A DNA stretch of 63,100 bases, filler included, from Rhabdomonas costata (GCA_019059605.1; 23 parts of 23 records of this genome joined end to end with filler, not necessarily neighbours in it), one strand, 5' to 3'. Counted from the first letter of the whole stretch, positions 1 through 12,592 are shown. Numbers and translations are program-made. Notes: a model not told the origin generated them from the letters alone.

Positions 1-399
1 AACATCGAACTCATCGCTGAATGGGAAGGCGTCGTACAACTTGACTGGGGTGGCGCGCGGCTTGCCTCCTGGGAGCATGGTGCATAGGGCGGCGATGTCC
101 GCAGGGCGGTCCATTGGGGGTAGCTCGGGCTGCAGGGGAATAAAGACCGGCGGCAGATCTCTGAATGTCGATCGGGCTGTCCGAGCGCCCCTGGTGGTTT
201 TCGGGGGTTGGACAGGTGAGGCGGACTTGGTAAGGTTGGTGGGCGGGCTGGTTTGGATCTCGTAAGCTGAAGTGGGCGGAGCGGCTTTGGTGACGAGAGA
301 AAATCCAAACAGCTGTCCCGTTTGTACCAATGGGGCAAGGAAGAGGCCCACAATGGCCGCGGCCGTGACAGTCCATACGCATAATGTCACTTTTGACAT
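1..399 (-). CDS. GT17-family glycosyltransferase (GnT-III/MGAT3-like), 5' part; runs off the window edge
   Basis: This frame is absent from the ORF track. ATG at 399 gives MSKVTLCVWTVTAAAIVGLFLAPLV (type II TM anchor), a Pro/Thr-rich stem, then KPRATPVKLYDAFPFSDEFDV, resembling the GT17 start motif (R/K)vyDa..FsnE.D.L. A pyrimidine tract ending in AG lies upstream on the minus strand. Confidence 0.7.
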   Translation of the reverse strand, partial: MSKVTLCVWTVTAAAIVGLFLAPLVQTGQLFGFSLVTKAAPPTSAYEIQTSPPTNLTKSASPVQPPKTTRGARTARSTFRDLPPVFIPLQPELPPMDRPADIAALCTMLPGGKPRATPVKLYDAFPFSDEFDV

Positions 400-1577
400 C
401 CCAAGACAAAGTTGAAAGCAAAAAAAGAAAATTGACAAGAGTACACTGAAAAAATGAGATAAGCATGTCTGTCACTTCAAGTGGTTGTTGGGAAGGCTGT
501 CGCGGTCCCGTTCGGGCGTCTGCTGAGATCGGGTTTTTCGCGGATGCTCTTGTGCAGAGTGTCATATACGGGGCACAACATCGCATTGGAAGCGACTTTT
601 CTTTTTGTTTCTCTTATTCTTTTTTAAATATACTTTTTGGGTTCGAGTTTCTCTTATTCTCAAATGAGATAAAGTGAGCATGCAACACAAGATCCGCGGG
701 TAAACGTCAAGCAGCAAGCAGCAAACATCAAAGAAACAAAGTTCTGCACAGAAAAAAACGAGAAAGGGAGCAAACGTCTGCCTATGCTGAGAAGAAAGCA
801 TCGTATCAGTTCTCTTATTGTTGTTTTCTCCTTCTTTCATCAAACTAGGATTTCCGCCCCAGCGGTGAATTCGCTGGAGAAGCCTCGTGCGGTGGTATTC
901 CCCAGAAAAATGGGTTTTGGTCAGATTTAACTCGCAAAGACGAAGGTCTTCAATGCAAGCAATGAGAAAGGTGCCTTCGAATTTTCTCTGGCAGCAACTC
1001 TAACAATGCCAGTGGACTGAGGAGTACAGGCGGGGCTGTGGGGGGGGGGCGTGTAACATCGTTTAACAGATAAGCTCTTTTTAATAATATTTCGGGGCAG
1101 CAGTACAGCGCACCTGCCCGGAAAAATAAAGTCATCAGTGGGTACAGGCACACTTTACCAACCCCCGCGCTCGAAAAATAACCCCCCCAAAAAAAAACAC
1201 CGTTAAACTGGTTGTTTGGTTCGGTTGTGTGGTTGTTCGGTTAGTTGATGGGTGGTGAGCTGTGCGCTCAGCACACATGCCAAAAGCGATAGCCAAATAT
1301 TAACCTTCAATCGATGAAACGCACACATCAATCACATCGCGCAACGCGACGGTTTCATGAGGTCGATGAGGATGAGGGGGAGGGGATCAATAGAAGCCCC
1401 AAATACGATTTGATCTTAACAGAGAAGGTAATGCAGACTGGTGAAAAGCCCTTCAGCTCCTGACCGCATCAAACCTCTGTCCCCGACTTGTTTTCCCATT
1501 TCTGACCTCTCCACTGATTTATTTGAATTGGTCTGATCTCTGTCACGTCACTCTTCTCTATCCACTGCTGCTGCTGC

Positions 1578-1683
1578 TAGACGTCTAACACCCGTCTAAC
1601 GCCTCCTAACCCACGCGACATCCGTTGGACAAGTGTTAGTCGTCTAACGCCCGTTAGACGACAGTCTAACACCCGTTAGACGG
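1578..1683. repeat. Cluster of short palindromic GTCTAAC/GTTAGAC repeats
   Basis: GTCGTCTAACG-CC-CGTTAGACGAC (1639-1662) and GTCTAAC-ACCC-GTTAGAC (1664-1681), plus further GTCTAAC copies at about 1583-1600. Confidence 0.8.
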
Positions 1684-2651
1684 GCCACCACCACCAACTG
1701 TGCATGCCCCACTCAACACCGAGAAAAAAGCGCACATGAGGAATGTCTTTCCCCATTGGCTTGTGCTTAAAAGGGAAGTTGCCAGAGACCTTCCGGAGAA
1801 CCGCGGAGTGCCCTCTTGGCCAGCCATTGCACCCATTCACCCCATAGTGTCTAGCTACGGAATGGTGCACAACCCTTCAACAGCAGGGTACTGTCTTCGC
1901 ATTTCGTCCCTAACTCATTTCTGTCGAATTCCGAATTGCAGCACCATCTCTCTTACCAATCTCTGCAACTCCGCTGTGGTATATTTCATAGGCAGATGGC
2001 ACCAGCGTTGTGGGCGGAATTTTCACCCCAAATTTAGGAGAGAGGGTTAAGTGATTAGCAGATTAGCAGAAACCTGAACATCGGAGTTGGGTTGGAGGGA
2101 TCCGGAGGGATCCAGCCCATTGCGTTTCATCACGATGTTCAAACCAAGGAGCTGAAGGTTTAGCAGCACGCTCGCATCCTCCTGCGAGGCGTTCCTTCCT
2201 CCCCATCACAAGTAAGGGACTCTAACTGGTCCGAAGCCACTGTGATTTGAACAAATGGCTTGCAACCCAAATTGGCGAGCACAAGCGTCGACAGTCAGTC
2301 GGATGAAATGTCAACAGAAGACACCCCACAGTGGTCTCTTCAGAGGTCAGGTACAACACATCTAAAAAAAATGGCCAAAATGTAAATGCCCATCTAAAAG
2401 ATCACACAATTACGTCAACCAAATGAAGCCCGGAGGCCCAATTAATGGGCCACTCAAAAGCAGAAAGACAAACCCGCTGTTCTTTATAGAAAAGTCAGCG
2501 AATAATAGCACACAGAGAGAAAGGTGCAAGGTATGATGGTAAACTAACGCAAGATAATAGTCAGAAGGGTTTCTAAAGAGCACCTCGCACAAAGGAGCAC
2601 GCGACAGACATCTCAAGAAAGGCCGAGGTGCGCGCACAGCTCCCCAAAAAC

Positions 2652-2751
2652 NNNNNNNNNNNNNNNNNNNNNNNNNNNNNNNNNNNNNNNNNNNNTTAAT
2701 TAATTAANNNNNNNNNNNNNNNNNNNNNNNNNNNNNNNNNNNNNNNNNNNN
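2652..2751. other. Artificial contig linker N44-TTAATTAATTAA-N44 (first of 22)
   Basis: Identical 100-nt linkers start at 2652, 5404, 8155, 10905, 13658, 16407, 19157, 21897, 24648, 27394, 30143, 32891, 35639, 38386, 41134, 43878, 46624, 49370, 52120, 54866, 57612 and 60357. The contigs between them are about 2640-2653 nt. Confidence 0.99.
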
Positions 2752-5700
2752 TTTGGTTTTGACTTCGGTAGTTCTGGTGATGGTGGTGGTTGTGGTGGGT
2801 GACGGTGGGTGGTGTGGGCATAGCGGTTGTGCTGGTTCTGGTTGGGGGTCAGTAGTGTATGGTTAGTGCGTGGTGGCTTCTGGAGTTGGTGATTTTGGTA
2901 GGCTGTTTTGGGACTTGGTTTCTGAGATTGGGGTCTTTGGTTCTGGGTCTGTCTCTGCAACCTCCTTTTTAAATTTCTGTATCCGGTTTGATTTGTTTTG
3001 TGGTTTGTAATTCTCGCGTGGATTAAAGACGTCACTCGTATTTCCCAGTATGACCCCTCAGTGACGTTTCACTCGTGATACATTTAGGTAGCACCTCAAT
3101 TTCGACTTGCCTTTACCAAAATTACACCTCAAAATCTACTTTCATACGTTGGCCATAGAGATGGTGTGGTTAATTCACAGCGGGAGGGTTTTGGTGGGAT
3201 TGTGTGTATTTGTCTCTCTCTTCATTACACAATCCCCATCATTTCCTCCTCCATTTACGCCCCTTCATCCATCCCTCTCGCTTTTTGTTGAGGAATCATA
3301 CCTTGCGCTCATTGCATTTTCTGCAGTGCCGCGTGTACTTGCCACCGCTTTGGTGGCAAACGCTCTTCCGTTCAAGACTTGCGGCTACGATGTCAGTATC
3401 TAGCTTCACCACAGAGAAACAGGTGAGTCTTCTGGCTAGTAAGTAATATAATCGGAATTTTTCGGCTACATCTCCTTGTTGTTTGATTATACACCACCCC
3501 ACCAATTATGAATGGTTTTTGTAAACAGTTCACAGGAAATGTTTTTTCTCCTGCAGGTGCTGAGTTCAGTTTTATTTCATCCTTTTTTTCTAGTTGCCAG
3601 TCCTCACTTGTGACTTCTCTCTTACTCCTTTCGTGCTTTGTAGCCCACTTTACACAAATGTATTCGCACAAAAAACGCACGCGCCTCATTTATGGGCATT
3701 TGGGCCCAGAAAGAAGACAAATGGAGTTTTTTTACGTCCAGTGTAGCTTTTGTATGGCTGCCGAATACAAGGGTACAAAACAAATGTACATATTGGATAC
3801 TCGCGCAAAACCAATGGACACATGGTAATTGCATCTGCGGTGGAATTAAAGAGCGCTGCAAATGCGAATGGAAAGTAGCGCACAGAATATTATTTATTAA
3901 TTCAATGAATTGAACACAGCCATTCGCGCACACAATGGGATGGTTGCCACAGATGCACCTCCCGCACACCACCAGCACACAGCAGCTTTGCATAGCCAAA
4001 TCAGCGCATGCGGAGTGGTGAATGGTAAGAAGGCAGGAATTGGAGAGATTTACAAAGAGAGATGGAGAGAATGTTGGATACGTGGAGGTCACGGCACTGG
4101 TTCACCGGTATAAGTGTCATTGATCCCGTGAACACGAATAGAGGAAGACTACTGAAGGAATTGCAGAGGTGTGCTGGGGTGTAATAGATATAGGTGGAGT
4201 TGAAACATAGAGAGGTGCAGGTGCATGAAGAAATCATGCAGCTGACCCACGTGACAAGAAAACAAATGTCCACACAAATTGGCGCCACTTATTTTAAAAC
4301 CCACGACAAACACTAGTGACCCATGTACAAACACTAGTAATCCCATTAAAACACCAAGTAACGACAACTGAAAACCGATATATCACGGTAGCTTATCGAC
4401 GACAATCCCAACCCGCCATTCCAAAATACAGCCACGGTGATTTCACAACATTCCAACATCAAATCCAGCACTCCACAGCACACATCCTTTGGACCCACTC
4501 TTCCAGCACAAAACCACTACTACAACATTTACTATACGTTTGCATCTACCACGGCATCGTAATCACAAACCCAGAGAAGCAAACGCGACCCAAAGAGACA
4601 ACACGTGGAAGCAAACCAGATGATGAACGTATGTGTGAAATCAAAGACACACCGAAGGACAACCAGGACCACGAAACACAACCACTGCACCTGCGCATGT
4701 GAAAAGAATGCCAACAAAAATTCCTCACACACCGAATACAAAGAGATTCCCGAATTCAAGGCAAACAAACAACCAAACGCAAAAAACACTAAGACCGCTG
4801 GAAATCTCACTCTCAACATAGAAAATCTATCTAAGCACCGTAAGACAGTAATATAACCAAATCAAGAAGGCCTGCTCCGACTCCGACTAACACTAAATAC
4901 ACAAACTCAAATACCCACGCTAATTACCGACCACCCCACCCAAAAGAATGCCAACTAACTAGCCACTACGGATAACCTCTACTCACACAAAACCCACACA
5001 GAGACCAACACACAGACCACAAAATGCAAAGACACCAGAGGTCCACCAGAGGTAGTGGAGAATCATCCAACCTACCCACAACATTCTCTTCAAGTACATC
5101 CAATGGTCTATCCAACACCTAGCGCACTCAACCAATGGTATAAATGCACATAGTGGGGACTAAATACCCACCTTGTAGCTGATTGGTATCCATACCTGCC
5201 ATGGCTCCTGCTGCGCATACCTATGCTTTGCAACCCACAGATGAGCCCATAAGCTTCCAACCTCATAGAATGATAGAAGGCACCACTAGAAGAAGGCTAC
5301 CGCGGCGCCTTCCGCATCCACTCATACTTAGGCATGCCTCGACGCCTAGACATGCCTAGACAAACATTGCACAGCAAACGCCTGAAGATAACCAACCACA
5401 ACCNNNNNNNNNNNNNNNNNNNNNNNNNNNNNNNNNNNNNNNNNNNNTTAATTAATTAANNNNNNNNNNNNNNNNNNNNNNNNNNNNNNNNNNNNNNNNN
5501 NNNTTGTTTGTGGGGCTGCAGGGGCAGCCGTGTGGGGCATGGGAGGTGCGGGGGGAGGAGGAGATGAAGGTGTCGCGGCTGCGGTGGCAGTACGGCGTTG
5601 GTGGGACTTACCTGTGCCTGGTGGGCGCGTCGAGCGCGTGGGCGATGGGATGGCAGCGGCCAGGGCTTTGGGACTCTTTCTCCTGGTTTGCTTGAGATTG

Positions 5701-6291
5701 CTATTGTCCCGAATCCATTATCCTTTGTGGTCGCCTCGGCGGTGGGAGTGTGTAACGGGGCTACTGCTCCCACAACTTTCCCGATCTGGTGCTGTGTGTC
5801 AACAGTTCCACTTTTGGATTTTGTGTGAGAGGTTAGGTGACATTCTGCTTATGCGCCGAGGATGAAGGGGTGGAGGGTAACGGTGATGAGTGGCAAATCA
5901 AAAACAATCATAATGACAAAATATATATAAATCCCGGTCACCCAAATCCGCTGTGTGTGTGTGCTGGCTAACAATCAGCTTGGGCTTTAATGGAGCAGCG
6001 GGACTGCATTGTGTCATGCTGGAGTTCAGCGCAAGGGCGTGGCCGGATGAGGTGAACGCGTCTTTTAATAGGTGTGCTTTTTCACATTGTGTAGAGCAAA
6101 TTTTTTTACCATCGGTAGCTATCACCCCTTCCCCAGCCACAACCGCAAAAGCCTTGCTTCGCTTGAGCCAGTGGTTAAGCTCTTAGCATCCAAGCATGAC
6201 GAATTAACCTGTTATGATTGATGAAGCCCTTCACCTATGCACAGGGAAATAGCTGTGGGGCTTCTGATCCCATCGCTCGTTGCTCTGCAAG

Positions 6292-8103
6292 TGACCTCGC
6301 TGTCTTTTCGCGACCATTACGAGATTCTGATGGCGTGGAAAGGCCAGAGCGCTTCCGAGGAGTGCAAGAGGCTGCGGGAGGAGATCTGTGGAATGAAGAA
6401 TGAGCTTGGGGAGCTGCGAGAGAAAGCAGGCCACGTCGCACATCTGGCTCATGAGGTTGACCTTCTTGTAATCGTCTCTACCCGCCTTCTTTTATCGGAG
6501 GAAGTGTGCTTTCATTTTTGCACGGTGGTTTCATTGTAATGTTTCTTTCGCTGAGAATGAGAGGCTTTTTCATGCGTTTTCGTGGTGCTGGTAACGTAAA
6601 CGTAAAGAAGAGTTATTTAAAAATGATAAGCGGGGCCTGTTATCTAATTTTTACCCTCCAGACCGGATGCAATGCTGAAGCAACAGGCACTTGTCCAGCC
6701 GCCAGATCAGAGCTCTGCTGGACTTGGTGAAGCCTCTGCAACTCACCAAACTGACAAAATCGCTTTTTCGTGTCCTTTCCGTTCCATGTGATGCTCGTGT
6801 AAATAAATAAAACGGGTCATTCAAAGCTGCCATCGCCACCACCACCTCGTACTTGACACAGGATCGCTGCTAGAGTAAAAAAAGATACTTTTGGAAAAAG
6901 GATACTTTTGGCGCCGGGGCCAACGCCGTGATGGAGGTTAGTCTCTCACCGCTTCTCACGCTCCGTGGGATTCCGCTAGAAGACCAGAACGGGGGTAGGA
7001 TGGTTGAGCAGCCAACGCCAATCTCGGGTGTGAATAGCGAGGGGACAGAGGTGAAACAGACCAGGTTTTGTTGTTTTCCCGGATTGTCCAGCTGGTTTGG
7101 TTGTTCTGGCCCCTAACCCTATCCCTGACTTGATGACAGAAACAAAGGCCCAGAGGGAAGTCACCTCCTCAAGGACAGCCCCCCAAACACCCCCATACAA
7201 TGTATCCCAGAACGTTCTTTTTCGTCGGTGTTGTGGTGGTTGTGGTGGCAGGTGCGGACCCCCTTGAACGGCTTGCTGTCGTGCTGCACGTTGCTTGGGG
7301 ACACGGCACTGACCGCTGAGCAGGCGGAGTATGTGGACATGATGCTGGCGTGCGGGTCGCAGATCACGAACAACGTGGACTTTGTGCTGGCATGTACTTG
7401 TTTTGTTTGCTTTTGTTGTTTCCTTCTCTTTTTTTTTTCGTCTTTAGTAGCTAGCGTGTCGGACTGGGACATTGACGTCTGCTGTACTTTGTCGCTTGTT
7501 AACTCTTCTCAGGAGAACGCACGGCTGAGCCACAACCAGGTACTTCTGCAGCAAATGCCCTTCTCGCTGCGCACGGTGTGCCAGGAGGCGTTGGCGATGG
7601 TTCAGCACGTGGCGAACCGGAAGGGTGTGGGGTTGGGTCTGGAGTGCCCGCCACAGCTGCCGCTGGTGGTGGGGGACCCCTCGCGGCTGAAGCAGGCCCT
7701 TCTGAAGTATGTGTGTGTTTGTGTGCGCGTGTGTGTCAAATAGAGTAATAGGAGAGATATGCATTTTCTGCATCGATGGTACACTCCATTAGCAATAGGG
7801 ATCAGATAGGCTTTATTTTTGGCTTGCTGCTGTGGTTGAGGTGGTTTGGATGCAATGGCAAGAATGAGCCCCTTCCGACACGGATCAAAACCTTCCAAAC
7901 CATCTCTTGGCCACTCTCAGCCTGCTCTCCAACTCCATCAAGTTCACCTCGAAAGGCTCCGTCACCCTGAGGGTTGTCCTCCGCCTCTGCCCCGAGCCCA
8001 GTGCGCCGAACGCCTCCCTCGCGGAGCTGGCGCAGGTTCGTCTGGAGGTGGTGGACACGGGGGTGGGTCTTAGCGCGGAGCAGGCGCAGGGCCTGTTCCG
8101 CGA
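6292..8103 (+). CDS. Sensor histidine kinase (HisKA + HATPase), partial, spliced
   Basis: Exons ~6292-6455, 7252-7389, 7513-7706 and 7921-~8103 give the H-box AHLAHE|VRTPLNG, then GDPSRLKQALLN-LLSNSIKFT (N-box) and EVVDTGVGL (G1 box). The 3' end is truncated by an inverted chimera. Confidence 0.92.
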
Positions 8104-8254
8104 GGGGTCCCCCACCACCAGCGGCAGCTGTGGCGGGTACTCCAAACCCACACANNNNNNNNNNNNNNNNNNNNNNNNNNNNNNNNNNNNNNNNNNNNTT
8201 AATTAATTAANNNNNNNNNNNNNNNNNNNNNNNNNNNNNNNNNNNNNNNNNNNN

Positions 8255-10904
8255 GGGGGGGTGTTGGATGAAGTTGAAGAAGAACAACTTCGGATGAAGC
8301 GCCCCAAAACGTCTTCTTTCGCCGGCACGTTGGAGGTGCTTTCTTCGCTTTTTTGTTCTTCTTCAACTTCATCCACCGCATCATCCACAAGAAACAGACC
8401 TGCAGTTTTCAGAGTGACTGTCACAGCTCCTTGACCTGGGTCATAGATCGTCCTTCCAAAAGTGCGTCAGTCACCTGCGGTTTTATAAAGTGACAACAGC
8501 TCTCTTTTCTTTGTTGCGAAGATTGTTCTGTGTGCGCTGCTTCCCCCTTTTTTCTGTCGCTCTTACAGACAACATCACGTTCAAGTTCACGCCTGAGGAG
8601 AAGCAGCAGTACCGCAAAGACGTCTTTCCAGGCCTCCGCCACTTCTGCCACTCTTGCTGGAAAATCCATCCTCTTTTTGAATGAACCAGGAGCAGTGTCG
8701 AAATTTAGGGGATTCAGCGAGATTTAACGCCAGTGACACCACGCAGTTGTTTCAGCCGCTGACCAATATCTATGTTTGCTCTGCATTTCTTTCAGGTCCC
8801 ATGGCTGCGCAGATGGGGAAAAAAGACATTACGACCATCAAAGTGCGCCTTAATTTTTCGTTGCTTTCGACTGCCTTCTTTTTCCTTCATACACAATGTG
8901 TTTTGCTTCTGGGCATGGTTTATCATGCGTGCTGCTGAGCATTATTCCTTTTTCCTTCAATTGAAGCAGTGATCATTGCTTTGACTAATTTCACGAATGC
9001 TTACCCCACGCTTCTCCGACAGCGTTGGTTTCAGTGGTGCATTTTACATTCGGGCCAGTCTTTTTTGCCGCGTGGACGGCGTCGTGGCCGAGCCGGTGGA
9101 ATTTGCACTTCGTTCTTTGCCGCTATCTCTCATTCTGCGCGTGCCAGGAGAACCAGTACTGGATCACAGAAAAGTCTGACGGGTTGCGGGTGATGCTCTT
9201 CGGCATGCGGGCGCCTGGTTTCCCCGTTTGGTACACTGTCAACAGTCCAGGTGGGTCGTGTTGAAGCGGTGAAGGTGTTTTTGTTTTTCTTCGGTGGGTT
9301 TGAAGTTCTTTTCTCGAGAGTGGATGGAACGGTAGGGCTACGACAAGTGTTCGTTCTTTTCTTCGCTTTTTTTCTCGTTTTTCCCCTTCCCTTCCGTCTT
9401 TCTCCTTTCTTTCGCACACATTTGTTTCAAACAGTTGACAGTCAATTTTAAAACAAATTTATACTACCTAGTCCTTCCCGTGCGTGCTGAATCTGTAGAA
9501 TGGTTGTGCTGCAAGCTGGGTGCTTCACTCTGCCTGGCATCTGCAAAAAAAAATCCCGCCCGAATTTTGTATATGGTGGTGATCCGGCAGATGGCGTTGC
9601 GGAAGCTGGACAGCAGAAAACGCCTGGTTCAAGATAGCGCAGATGGATGGTGCTGGATGGCGTCGCTGGCGTTTTGCAGACACGCAAAGGTGGGAAATAC
9701 TGGAATCCTCGCACTCGTCTTTCGCTGACTCAGGCCAGAGCGATGTCGCGGGAGCGCAGAGGCGACTGATGCCCCTTCCGCTGCTGCCTTCTTGCGAACT
9801 GGAGGCGGCCTTCCAGCGCGCTCAGCGGCAGCAACTCACTGCGGTGGAGGTGGACTTGCAGGGCGTGGCTCACATCTTTGATGTCGTCTCTCTGCGGTGC
9901 GTATTCAAATCCCGAAAATCTATGTGTTCTCTCAAGTCCGTGGCAAAGCGCCAAATTTTTGTTCTGATTTCTGATATACACCTGTGAGTGTGAGGCCAGT
10001 GAGTTTTTTCATTCCAACCGAATGTACACCGTATAACCACGCACAAAGGCTGTGGCAAAAGGCGGACCTCCAAGCCAGCGACGGCATGCCTCCCACTCAG
10101 CGCCTGGAGCGGCTGCTCGGCTTCTCGTTTGCGTACTGCTTCGACCGCACCTACGAGATGTACCTCTGCCTTGAAGAATTCCCGTTTCCCACCTCGGAAT
10201 CCATGGTCTGTCAGGCTTTCCCTCCTGCGTGCCCCACAAACTATGTGCGCCGTGCCCTCAGAGATTATGTTTCAAATCGAGAATCGTCATGAACCCCATG
10301 TTTCATTCCCAGAAACAACCCTTGCGCCCAAACTCCCAACCCCAAACTCTATTAGGTTTTTCACCCCTCCCCAAGTTATCATTTATCATAGCAGCGGAAA
10401 CTGGCCACTTTGACTCGTTTACAGGTGAGCTGTGTGTTTGAGTAACCATCTGGTGTTAGCATTGGAATCGGTTTCTTGTTCAACGCCAACTTTTTGGTAT
10501 CATCTCCAAAGTAGAGCCCGTTTTTCCTTTCTCAGAGCAAAGCTTCAGCGGAGCTCCTCCCCTTCAATAACCTGAGCTTTCATGTCGCAGTTCTTGTCGA
10601 CGGTGAGCTGGTGTGTCAGAGCGCAACTCTTCCTCAATCACCGAAGCACTCTTAAACGCAAAGTGATCGTGCGCCGGGAAAGCTAAGCTTCCCACATCCA
10701 GGACCCACTCCATCCACCATTATCTGCTCTCACGACTCCCCGCTCCATGTGCATTGGTGCGCACAGCTGTGGAGCCTGAAGCACCAAAGGCACCATTATT
10801 CCATCTTCGACATCGTCTGTGTGGCCTCTCTGCGGGGAACCACCACGGAGTTCTCCAACTTCCTGGACGCTCCGATGAGTGCAAGGTATAAGGAGTTTGA
10901 TACT
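8255..10904 (+). CDS. mRNA capping guanylyltransferase domain (euglenozoan CGM1-like), partial, spliced
   Basis: Exons ~8255-8335, 8398-8461, 8569-8631, 8796-8842, 9148-9250, 9734-9896, 10049-10205, 10536-10610 and 10767-. These give FPG-PMA, motif I WITEKSDG, AYCFDR, motif III VLVDGEL and motif IIIa YSIFD. Confidence 0.85.
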
Positions 10905-11160
10905 NNNNNNNNNNNNNNNNNNNNNNNNNNNNNNNNNNNNNNNNNNNNTTAATTAATTAANNNNNNNNNNNNNNNNNNNNNNNNNNNNNNNNNNNNNNNN
11001 NNNNAGAGCAAACTTGGATGGCAAGGACCCCTTTCTTTCGTTGATGGAGCACATTCGCAATGGACATTTCCAGTGAATATTGTAATATTTGATCTCGCAG
11101 GGGGTTAGGAAGCCATGCACGTGTCCCCTAGAAAAAGGTTCACTGCTGAACGTATGCCAA

Positions 11161-11700
11161 ACATTTTTTTGATATAAACATTGTTTGTGCTGTTTCATTT
11201 ATTATCATATTTTGTGTTTCTACACCGAGATCTTTTAGAGATTGTTTGTTTTTAAGTTGTTGTATAAATGTGTCTTTGTTAAAATTTGTGTCTGTTTTTT
11301 GTACCATCATAAAATTGGTTTAGAATGTCAAAAACATGTGTAAATTATGAATGTATAAATACTGTTTCATTTTTTCAGACATTTCTAAGTCATATACATT
11401 CCATAAACTTAATTGTTGTAATATCTTTGATAATTCATCTTGTAATGTTTTAATCTGTTGTTTTATTTTACTTGTTTTGCCAATGTCGCTCAACAATTGA
11501 AAAATTGTTGTTATATGTAGCATATAAAGAATAAAAAACATGTAATTTGTCATGAGGCTCCAATATTTAAATTTGATTAAAGTATGACTAATAAAATCAG
11601 AACTTTCATAATGACTCAAAAAATCAAGTAGAGGATTCATTTTTGACATGATGTAGTAAAAAATAATTCTAATATATCAAAGTAATAATGGTTCGGTTTG
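11161..11700 (-). other. AT-rich island with broken coding-like frames
   Basis: For example 14 of 60 bases are G+C in 11401-11460, against about half in the flanks. ORF 11320-11649 and an adjacent shifted frame (MMVQKTDTNFNKDTFIQQLKNKQSLKDLG) are K/N/I/Q-rich. Confidence 0.6.
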
Positions 11701-12592
11701 CTTTGCATTCTTTTGTTTCGCCACAGAAGAACACATGAACAGACACTAATCTCGTAACCAGAGGCCCGGGGGCCAGGTCATGAGGTCATGGTGCCGCGGG
11801 GGCGCTTATAGCCCGCAAAAGCGTGTCTGTGAGATCGGGTAGGAGAGGTTTTCGGAAGACAAAAGAAATGTTTGGCTGATCTGAACGATCACGTAGTAAT
11901 AATATAGTGCGTGTGACCAAGCGCCGATCTGCCAAACTGTCCACTGTAGAGTCTGGGCAGTGGGATCTGCCGGAGTCGCATCTTCACAACCAAAGCTCGG
12001 CTCGTCCGAAATCGGACTTACCCAAAAAAATCCTTGTCAAACGTAGAAAATCGCATGAAAAGAAATTCATACGATTATTGTACCTTACTTGGTTTCACTT
12101 TGTCTCTTTCCTTGTAATTTGTCGTTTCCTTCCTGCATCGCTTTCTTGGCCGCATGCCTTGCTTCTGTCCAAAGCACTTTTGCTTTCTACTGCTGAACAC
12201 CTGGCATTATTGTTTCCCGAAACCGGTTGCTACATAAACAAGAAAAAAAACGTGATATTCTGTCTGACCCTGCCTTTTTCTGCGGACATGTGGATTGGAT
12301 GGGTTCGAGTGGAAATTATTTTACATATATTTTTTTGTTATATATAGTAATCACGCTAATATATAATGGCAGTTGACACAGGCCTCTCAGCTTGGCTCAT
12401 GATATGATAGGCCCCGCTTGTCTTCATTTTCATTCTCATCCACATCATTTTTCAATTTTCCGTTGCCTGACGGTGTGGGTCAACTACGAACCCGTTTTAT
12501 CATCCAATCTCGTTTTTTTTCGTCGTGTGGGCTCGTCACCGCGCTTCAACGACAAGGTTGGGTTGGTGGTTGCCCCTGTGTATGAAAAACAG

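Noticed and set aside
2752-5403. Genes in the A/C-skewed contig (ORFs 3508-3828, 4316-4702 and others)
   Set aside because: The ORFs are compositional with no recognisable domain or splice pattern. This is probably decayed repeat DNA.
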